DNA of 64,000 nucleotides from Eledone cirrhosa (Eukaryota): NCBI GenBank assembly GCA_964016885.1, contig OZ024762.1, positions 2,232,001 to 2,296,000 of the forward strand, read 5' to 3'. Shown piece by piece: positions 54,717 to 64,000 of this stretch (position 1 is its first letter; each line of letters starts with the position of its first letter). The notes under the pieces were generated by a model. It saw only the letters and a program-made list of their open reading frames with translations, ran no database searches and was not told where the DNA came from. The position numbers and the translations under genes were made by a program.

Positions 54717-56994
54717 CTGAGGAACAGAAAGAAAAAAATTATTATTATTATTATTATCATATTATATTATCTTTGTGAAGTGTTATGACAAAAAGTACCC
54801 AGTCTACCCTGTAAAGTGGTCATGTAGGTGTTATGACAAAAAGCACCCAGTCCACACTGTAAAGTGGTCATGTAGGTGTCATGACAAAAAGTACCCAGTC
54901 TACCCTGTAAAGTGGTCGTGTAGGTGTTATGACAAAAAGCACCCAGTCCACACTGTAAAGTGGTCGTGTAGGTATCATGACAAAAAGCACCCAGTCCACA
55001 CTGTAAAGTGGTCGTGTAGGTATCATGACAAAAAGTACCCAGTCTACCCTGTAAAGTGGTCATGTAGGTGTTATGACAAAAAACACCCAGTCCACACTGT
55101 AAAGTGGTCATGTAGGTGTCATGACAAAAAACACCCAGTCCACACTGTAAAGTGGTTGGTGCTAGGAAGGGCATCCAGCTGTAGAGACCAGCCAAAACCA
55201 GTTCTGTATGAGTAAGTCATGGTCATTGGACATGGTTTATCTCACAACAGGGCAACTTGTCTAACCCATGATGATGATGATGACAATGATGATGGTGGCG
55301 ATGATGATGGCTGATGATGATGGTGATGGTGATGATGAAGGTGATGATGATGATGGCTGATGATGATGGTGATGATGATAGTGGCGATGGTGATGATGAT
55401 GAAGGCGATGATGATGATGGCTGATGATGATGCTGATGATGATGATGATGAAGGCGATGATGATGATGATGAGGAAGAAGTGGTTCAGGAAACGAACTCG
55501 CAATCACAGTTGCTGACCGGGTGATGTGTTATGTCCTTGAGCAAGACACTTTATTTCACTTTAGTCTTTCTGCCAGGAATTACAACCGGTGGAGTAGTAT
55601 CAGCACGGGAAGACCACTGGAAACATTGAAATAAAGTAGTCATTTCTGATTTAGGATTAACCCTTTAGTGTTCAAACCGGCCAAAACCAGCCAGAATTCT
55701 CTACCTCTTTCAGTTGAAACTGGCTGTAACTGGTCACTCAAACTTATGTTAAGGTATTGATCTCAAAATAAATACTTTCAAAATCTCATAGATTCGATAT
55801 TATGTAAGATAAAGCCTTTACCATGAAAATATAATAGTATATATAGAGTAATGTGAATGCTAAAGGGTTAAATCGACCCCAGTACATTACTGGTACTTTA
55901 TTTATCAACCCTGTAAGGATGAAAGGCAAAGCTAACCTGGCAGGATTTGAACTCAAAATTTAAAGGGCCATAACTCTATGCTGCAAAGCATGGTGTCCGA
56001 CGCTCTACCGATTTTACTGCCAAACCTCCGACCGTAGGTTTTTATTAATGTAATACCTGACAAATAGCCTCGCTGTTGAATTTTCCAGTGCCAGCACAAA
56101 CCTGCTGTTCTTTGACTGCGACATAAGTTGCACATTTGCTATTGTTCATCAACGGTACTTCTGCAGTTTGCAGTACATCTGGTACTTTACCATAAGCTGC
56201 AAAACAAAAGTACTGAGAAAATTGGATGTCCAGGGTCAATTATTCTGTCAAAAATAGTGAGAAAATTGGATGTCCAGGGTCAATTATTCTGTCAAAAATA
56301 GTGAGAAAATTGGATGTCCAGGGTCAATTATTCTGTCAAAAATAGTGAGAAAATTGGATGTCCAGGGTCAATTATTCTGTCAAAAATAGTGAGAAAATTG
56401 GATGTCCAGGGTCAATTATTCTGTCAAAAATGGGTATTCATTATTTTCAAGAGAAAAAAAAGACGGATAATGAGAAAGAAAAAGAAATGCATAAAAATTT
56501 ACAGTTGGAAATTGTGAAGAAATACAGCCTGCTCTCTGTATATGAATATATATGTGTGTGTGTGTGTGTATGTGTGAAGATGTAGAGGGAGGTAGTGGTG
56601 ACAGTGCAAAAGAAGCAGTAGTAGTTACCAGATGTTTTACCCCATCCTGATATGAGACAGTCTCCCACAAATGTTTGTCCCTCTGAAGCCAACTGAATTG
56701 GTTGGAGGCAGTCATTGAAGTACAGTGGTGTAGACAGTGTCAACACGGCAACATCATTCACTGAAACACAGATAAATAAATATATATATGTATATATATG
56801 ATAATACAAGGATGATTTGTTAAGCCTTCATTACGTTTATTGATTGGTGACAGGCGTTTCGCTATTGATCACCTCAAAGTTCGATCTGGCCCATCCCTGG
56901 AATCAAAAGCTTATTGGACCTCTGCTGTTGTCGAATATACATATATATAATCCTTATCGAACCCTCTTCGGATTTTAGTCTTCACATTTATTAT

Positions 56995-57046
<52 letters not shown>

Positions 57047-59372
57047 ATATTCCCCTATTCTATATATAAGTTTGTCTATTTCTTTCTCTTACTCTAGATA
57101 TTCCCCTCCTTCTCATCTTCTCTCACTCTCTCCATCCCTCGGTGTGTAATGAGTGGAGAAAGAGGAAAGATACTCTCCAGTGTTCCACTCACATATGTTG
57201 TAGTCAGTTTTCTGGAAATCTTTGTGGACAGCGTAGTGGGGAGTTCTGAGCAACGACACAAACCTTAACTTGGACACCGAACCATACAGAATGTGGACAT
57301 ACTTAACATCTCCGGACCTGTAATTAAGGATGATAATGTGATAGAGTGACAAAAATGACACCAGGGAGTCATACGTTGAAAAAATATTTAAGGTCAGCAA
57401 ATGGAAAGGGTTTTTAAAAAAATTTATTTGAAATAGAATGACCTTACAAATTGGTAGCCTCTCTTTAACTCTTTAGCATTTAAACCAGCCATATCTGGCC
57501 AGAATTCTCTCACCTTTTTCTGTACAAACTGGCTGTAACTGGCCACTCATACTGATGTTAAGGTATTGTTTTCAAAATAAATAATATCAAAATCTCATAG
57601 ACTCGATATTATGTGTGATATTATTAAAGATAAAGTGTTTACCACAAAAATACAATAGTATATATAGAGTAATGTAAATGTTATGTGAGATATTTCATTT
57701 CATCATTTCATTTCATTTTACGTCTGCTTTTTCCCTGCTTGCAAGGGTGGGACGGGAACTGATTCTGGCTTGATTTCTACAGCTGGATGCCCTTCCTAAC
57801 ACCAACCTCATTTACAGTGAGTGCTGGGTGCTCTTTTGCCGTGGCACCTACATGACCACCTTGCAGTGGAATGATAGGGACCCCAGTCCCTATCATCTCA
57901 TTTCTACAGCTGAGTAAACTGGAGCAATGTGAAATAAAGTGTCTTGCTCAAGGAAACAACACATCACCCGGTCTGAGAATTGAACTCACAACCTTTCGAT
58001 TGCAAGGCCAATGCTCTAACTACTAAGCCATGTGCCTCCATATTATGTGAGGTAAAGCCTTTACCGTGAAAATACAAGAGTATATATAGAGTAATGTAAA
58101 TGGTATGTGAGATAAAGCCTTTACTGTGAAAATACAATAGTATATATAGAGTAATGTAAATGTTATGTGAGATATTATGTAAGGTAAAGCCTTTACTGTG
58201 AAAATACAATAGTATATATAGAGTAATGTAAATGGTATGTGAGATATGTGAGATAAAGCCTTCACTGTGAAAATACAATAGTATATATAGAGTAATGTAA
58301 ATGGTATGTGAGATAAAGCCTTTACTGTGAAAATACAATAGTATATATAGAGTAATGTAAATGTTATGTGAGATATTATGTAAGGTAAAGCCTTTACTGT
58401 GAAAATACAATAGTATATATAGAGTAATGTAAATGGTATGTGAGATATGTGAGATAAAGCCTTCACTGTGAAAATACAATAGTATATATAGAGTAATGTA
58501 AATGGTATGTGAGATAAAGCCTTTACTGTGAAAATACAATAGTATATATAGAGTAATGTAAATGTTATGTGAGATATTATGTAAGGTAAAGCCTTTACTG
58601 TGAAAATACAATAGTATATATAGAGTAATGTAAATGGTATGTGAGATATGTGAGATAAAGCCTTCACTGTGAAAATACAATAGTATATATAGAGTAATGT
58701 AAATGGTATGTGAGATAAAGCCTTTACTGTGAAAATACAATAGTATATATAGAGTAATGTAAATGTTATGTGAGATATTATGTAAGGTAAAGCCTTTACT
58801 GTGAAAATACAATAGTATATATAGAGTAATGTAAATGGTATGTGAGATATGTGAGATAAAGCCTTCACTGTGAAAATACAATAGTATATATAGAGTAATG
58901 TAAATGGTATGTGAGATAAAGCCTTTACTGTGAAAATACAATAGTATATATAGAGTAATGTAAATGGTAAAGGGTTAATACTCACACACAGTGGGCTGCT
59001 GTGACGATATGACTGTTGTCAACAATACTCCCAGCACAATGGTAATTATCGTCAGGTTTAGTAATAAATATGTTGACAATATACGGCTGTTCACACTCCG
59101 CTACATCCCGACTGCCAACTATATTCCGTAGCTTAGAACTGTTCAATACTGGAATGAGAGATCAATAGAGATAGATAGGTAGATGGTTGGACTGATAGCG
59201 AGATAGATAGATAGAGAGAGACATATAGATGGATAGATAGATAGATAGAGAGAGACATATAGATGGATGGATAGATAGATAGAGAGAGACATATAGATGG
59301 ATGGATAGATAGATAGATAATAGGCAGACAGACAGATAGATAGACAGATAGATAGATAGATAGACAGATAGA

Positions 59373-59410
<38 letters not shown>

Positions 59411-60193
59411 TATAGATGGATGGATAGATAGATAGATAGATAGGGAGACAGACAGATAGACAGACAGACAGACATAGATAGATAGGGAGACCAACTGATA
59501 AACAGAACAACTGAAATCTTCAATTGATCAATAGATAGATAGGTTGACATTTGATATTAAACAGAATTAATCGGTAGAGCACTGGACAACACGCTTTACA
59601 GCATAGAGTTACGACCCTTTGTCTTTTGACGATAAGCTTTGCCTTCCATCTTTACAGAGTCAATAAAATAAAGTACCAGTAATACACTGAGACCTCCTTC
59701 CCTTCAAATTACTGGCCTGGTGCCAAAAGTAGAAACAATTAGGATTATCACTCACTTTAGAAATAGTTAATTAGTCTTAGTTGTTAATTAAGACTGTAAT
59801 TAATTAAAAAGCCCCAATAGTTAATTAAAAGTCCCAATAGTTAATTAAAAGTTCCAATAGTTAATTAAAAGTTCCAATAGTTAATTAAAGTTCCAATAGT
59901 TAATTAAAAGTCCCAATAGTTAATTAAAAAGTCCAGTAGTTAATTAAAAGTCCCAATAGTTAATTAAAAGTCCCAATAGTTAATTAAAAGTTCCAATAGT
60001 TAATTAAAAGTTCCAATAGTTAATTAAAAGTTCCAATAGTTAATTAAAAGTCCCTAAAATTAATTAAAAAGCTGCAGAAGTTAGTTAAACAGTCCCAATA
60101 GTTAATTAAAAGTGCCAGAAGTTAATTATAATCCCAGGTGTATTTCTTACCTTGCAATGTCAGTGAAACGATCAACAACTTTAGACTGAACAT
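54552..60193 (-). CDS. Secreted S1A (chymotrypsin-family) serine protease; exons 60193-60151, 59148-58986, 57317-57193, 56760-56629, 56196-56057, 54716-54552; ~255 aa
   Basis: Signal peptide [18 protein letters not shown], activation site RN|IVGS, TAAHC, NDVAV, SGWG, CQGDSGGP, SFGWTC, FTRVS..WI. All introns are GT-AG with consistent phases (1,2,1,1,0). Confidence 0.93.
54775..55160. repeat. 48-bp SINE-derived minisatellite (~8 copies), same source segment as 44870-45857
   Basis: Runs into the SINE-B tail at 55155-55270. Confidence 0.85.
55658..55871. mobile_element. piggyBac-like MITE
   Basis: TTAA|CCCTTTAG...CTAAAGGG|TTAA; related copies at 57465-58978 and ~31210-31358. Confidence 0.75.
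56057..56196 (-). CDS. Protease exon 5
   Basis: [16 protein letters not shown]...VCAG...EAICQ. Confidence 0.92.
56215..56428. repeat. 44-bp tandem (~4.8 copies) next to a splice acceptor
   Basis: GAGAAAATTGGATGTCCAGGGTCAATTATTCTGTCAAAAATAGT. Confidence 0.9.
56629..56760 (-). CDS. Protease exon 4
   Basis: NDVAVLTL...[10 protein letters not shown]. Confidence 0.92.
56836..56920 (-). ncRNA. Decayed hammerhead motif in protease intron 3
   Basis: Stem I GGT/ACC, mutated core CCAATAA, stem II GCTTTTGAT/ATCAATAGC, GAAAC-GCCT-GTC, AATAAA. A deleted sister copy lies at ~10672-10785(+). Confidence 0.55.
57193..57317 (-). CDS. Protease exon 3
   Basis: [12 protein letters not shown]...[12 protein letters not shown]. 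Confidence 0.9.
57465..58978. mobile_element. piggyBac-like MITE interrupted by a SINE-B (57695-58040) and expanded by a 201-bp higher-order repeat
   Basis: Both termini are present. The variant CTTCACTG recurs at 58260, 58461, 58662 and 58863. Confidence 0.8.
58986..59148 (-). CDS. Protease exon 2
   Basis: RNIVGS...[18 protein letters not shown]. Confidence 0.93.
59800..60125. repeat. 20-bp tandem TTAATTAAAAGT(T/C)CCAATAG
   Basis: Lies in protease intron 1. Confidence 0.85.
60151..60193 (-). CDS. Protease exon 1 (signal peptide)
   Basis: [14 protein letters not shown], phase-1 donor gtaaga. Confidence 0.8.
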
Positions 60194-60536
60194 CTTGAAA
60201 ATAGTCTGACACTAGAATTACTTCACAACATTGTGTATAATATATATATACTGTGTGTATATATATACTGTGTGTATATATATACTGTGTGTATATATAC
60301 ACTGTGTGTGTATATATATACTGTATATATATATACTGTGTGTATATATATACTGTGTGTATATATATATACTGTATATATATATACTGTGTATATATAT
60401 ACTGTGTGTATATATACTTTATATATATATATATACAGTATATATATACATGTATTGATGTATATATGTGTGACTATATATCTATCGATTTATCTCTCTA
60501 TATATGTATATATTATATTTATGTATATATAATATG

Positions 60537-60602
<66 letters not shown>

Positions 60603-61330
60603 GTATGTACGTATTTTATAGAAAAACACACATGATGACGATGAGGACCCCCCTCCCCCCCACATTCGACCTCGACACACACACGTGTGTGTGAGCGTCT
60701 GTCCATATCCAGATGCAGGTAATGCCTATTTATGACAAAATGTACCCACCCCGCCTCACACACACACCCAGACCCACTCCTCCAGACACACACACACACA
60801 TACCACCCCCAACCACACACCCCATACACACACACACACAGACCCCCCCCCCCCCTCCAGCCACACAGGTGTGTAAGTATCTGTCCATGTCCAGATGTAA
60901 GTAATACCAGTGTTATATATAAACATTCTCCATGTTGACTCTTTCGAAGTCATTAGACAATATTTTAAGTTTCCATTAAAACCTATTTTAAACCTGACCA
61001 ACCTTCAGTGTTTCACTTGTAAATATTCTCAGCTGCAGATTTCACAAAAACCTTTTAAATCTCTTCATGTCGTTAATAATCTTGTCACTACCCCCCTCTC
61101 TCTCTCTTTCTCTCTCCATCTCTGTACCTCCCTCTCTTCTCTCTCTCCATCTCTGTCCCTCCCTCTCTCTTCCTCTCACTCTTCTCTCTCTCCCTTCTCT
61201 CTTTCTGCCTCACCCTCTCGCTTTCTTTACAACACACACACTCACACACACACACTCTCTCTTCTATAGATGTTTCTACCTTTCTATTTAATTATCTATT
61301 TAGCTATACTTCTCTCTCTCTCTCTCTCTC

Positions 61331-61370
<40 letters not shown>

Positions 61371-63144
61371 AGCTGTTCTTAAATCTCTGAAGGAGTTGAT
61401 GAAGGACCTCAGCTAAGAGCAGAACGCTGTCCTGGAAAAGGCCCTCCAAACAAGTAAAACAACGATGATTATGGTGGTGGTGGTGATGGTGGTGGTGGCA
61501 ATGGTGGTAGTGGCAATGGTGGTGTTGGTGGTGGTGGTGATGATGATTATGATTTTATCAACCTTGCTATCCATCTATCCCTCTACCGCCCCATGCCGCC
61601 CCTGCCCCGCTCTCACCAGAAATGTAACAAGCCACCTTCATTTTCCCTGTTAGATATAATAGACTTGGCCATGAGTCCCATCTTACACTCACCAATAGCT
61701 TGATACAATTGTAGCTGGTTCTGACGGTATAAAATTATATCAGGGACCTTTAAAACTATGTCACCGGTGTCAAAAGATCAGGGGGGGGGGGGAGGCAGAA
61801 TTCTCAACGACACCGTTTACCTAGTATCTAGTTTTTAAGAATGTTCTGTAAGTATTTATATTATATTATATTCTACCTGGTGTTGCGACTGATAGATAGT
61901 ACTAGCAACTGGAAAGACCAACGGAAACATTGTTTCCTCGGTCCGATTTGACAAAAGTCAATCGATCCTTTTTTTTTTTTTTTTTTATATGATACCGAGT
62001 ATCAAGAAACCATTAGGAAGTGAAATATCAACATTTATTCGAATATCACTAATGAGGTTGGTAGGAAAACTTTCTCTTCCAAACCTGAAGGTTTTATACA
62101 CAGATATGGAGAGACCCGTATTCCTGTGAAATATGTCAACAGCACAGCCTCTCTAGTGTTAGTGACGTAGACGATAAATGCACCCAGTACACTCTATAAA
62201 GTGGTTGGTGATAGGAAGGTCATCCAGCCATAGACAGCTAGCCAAACAAATAGTTGGAAGGACCCTTCAGTTTTGTCTAAGACATGACAGCTGACCTAGT
62301 GTTGATGTTAGTAAAATGCACTCGGTATAACACGGGACCATATGTAAGAGAGATGCAGACTCCCAGCCCGTTTGAGAGGTCAGTGACCCTGCTTGAATAC
62401 TGAAAGTCAGGGGACGAAATGGCTGGGTAAGAACAGCCAGTCGCATCTGCTACATCAGTCACTTCCACTTCACGAGGTCCCTTCCTCGGGCGAGATGCAG
62501 AAAAACGGCAGTTTAGGGAGGGAGGGGTACTCGAAAGTGACCAGCACGAAATGGAAACTGTCTCGTCCTTGTATTAAGATATCTTCCTCTCTTCCGTGTT
62601 AGGGGCGGCAGTATTTGGGTTTAGTGGCCGATATATTGTATAAAGGTGTCCCAGATGAGAGATTTACCCCCCGCTCCGCGTGCCCCCACACACTGTGGGG
62701 AAAAAAAGGTTATCCAGTCTGTGTATTTACTATCAGTCGGAGACCAGCGGGCTCCAGTTATCAGGGGAGACAACTACATCATCAATCAATCAAGGGAGAT
62801 AACTTAATTCTAATGACGTTATTTCATGAATACAACAGCTACACTTGGTTTAATGTTTGTATTAACGATTTCTAATTTAGGCACAAGGCCAGCAACTTGT
62901 AGGCAGTGTGAATGGGGGTCAATTATGCATGTATGTATGGTCCCGTAACTACCGAGGGAGTCGCAGAGGCACCATATTGTTATACGGCGTTTCTAGAGCA
63001 TTTTTTAAAACCCGACAGAGCTCATCACCTCTCCAATTCTGAATACAGGAGATGTCTTCCAGAGAAAGATAAAGAGAGTGTGAGAAAGAGATATAGAGGA
63101 AGAATTGACCCCAGTACTTGGCTGGTATATTTATATATATATAT

Positions 63145-63370
63145 GGTTTTGTCTGTAAAGTCTGTCCAGTAATTCTTTCCTGAGACATTCTAACCACATG
63201 GTCTTACTATCGGAGCTATGATCTCTCAATTGAGAGAAGTAGTAGCTCTACTTGGAGTGACTCTCTGATCTCTGAGCTACACACTCTCGAATAATGTTAC
63301 TCCAAAGACCCTTCAGAGCAGCGCCAGTTCAGCTGCTTATATTTGTGATCGTATTCTTTCGGTCATTACA
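63145..63370 (-). mobile_element. RTE LINE fragment (same family as 6335-6815)
   Basis: ...RVFGVTLFE..SSEIRESLQVELLLL..HVVRMSQERITGQ. Confidence 0.75.
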
Positions 63371-64000
63371 CTATTTATATTTCTAAATAAAAAATATCTG
63401 ATAGATTCAAACAAACTTTTTTAAATCTTTGCCTCTTTTTTTATTTTTTAAATTTCAGTTTATTATTTGATAATATATGTGTCACAGTTCGTTTCACTTG
63501 ATGCCAACAATTGTCACTTAAACATTTCTGCTTACTTCGTAGAAAAAGGAGAAAACTCATCGCTAGAACAGCTGTCAAAACAGTAAAAATGTCCCAGAAG
63601 ACAGAGACCAGCAGTCGGGAGAGAGACAATCCCTGAGGTGGGTGACAGGAAGATGAAACACAAGAGATTGAGAGAGAAGGAGGACAAGGAGAAATGTTGG
63701 CTCATAGAAGTGACTAGAAGAAGGAAATAAAGAAAGGCGATGTACAAGACAAGTTTACACTCACATCTTCACCCTTATCAGCTCTCAAACCAGTAAAATG
63801 GTTTCACGCAATTTAAGTGAGAGTTCCACTTTAGAATGCTGGATCGTGCAACAGAAAAATAAATCTTTCTGTTGCTATGATGTTTGTGTGATAAAACAAA
63901 CAGCGCAGATAGAAGGATGATCAGGTAGTTTAAATAAATTGTGCACAGTTCTACCTCCCAGCAGCAGTGTAGACACTATGCTGGACCAAGCACTGATAGT

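Overview
Eukaryotic, repeat-saturated animal DNA. The (TA)n/(CA)n/(GGT)n density, the SINE families and the RTE LINEs suggest an octopod cephalopod (inference). Nearly all ORFs in the supplied track are microsatellite artefacts. Manual splicing recovers three intron-containing genes. (1) The 5' coding part of a minus-strand type II membrane protein, built from 16-nt and 44-nt micro-exons plus an exon that runs off the window start. (2) A complete 5-exon plus-strand Mis18-family centromere-licensing gene (~266 aa, 44323-50333). (3) A complete 6-exon minus-strand secreted S1 serine protease with an intact catalytic triad and a non-trypsin S1 pocket (~255 aa, 60193-54552). The remainder consists of SINEs, RTE, R4/Dong-like and CRE-like LINE fragments, a Helitron, several MITEs and TE-derived minisatellites. 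The most striking unannotated signal is about a dozen type I hammerhead-ribozyme motifs from several unrelated sequence families. Four have an intact catalytic core (5388-5501, 5795-5869, 20417-20492, 41802-41873). They share one architecture: hammerhead with palindromic or near-palindromic loop III and often a long stem II, then AATAAA/ATTAAA, a short tail and (TA)n, frequently preceded by an inverted copy of the tail. This resembles solo Penelope-like pLTRs or retrozyme-like elements; no Penelope ORF is visible in the window. All folding was done by eye and no ribozyme activity is demonstrated.
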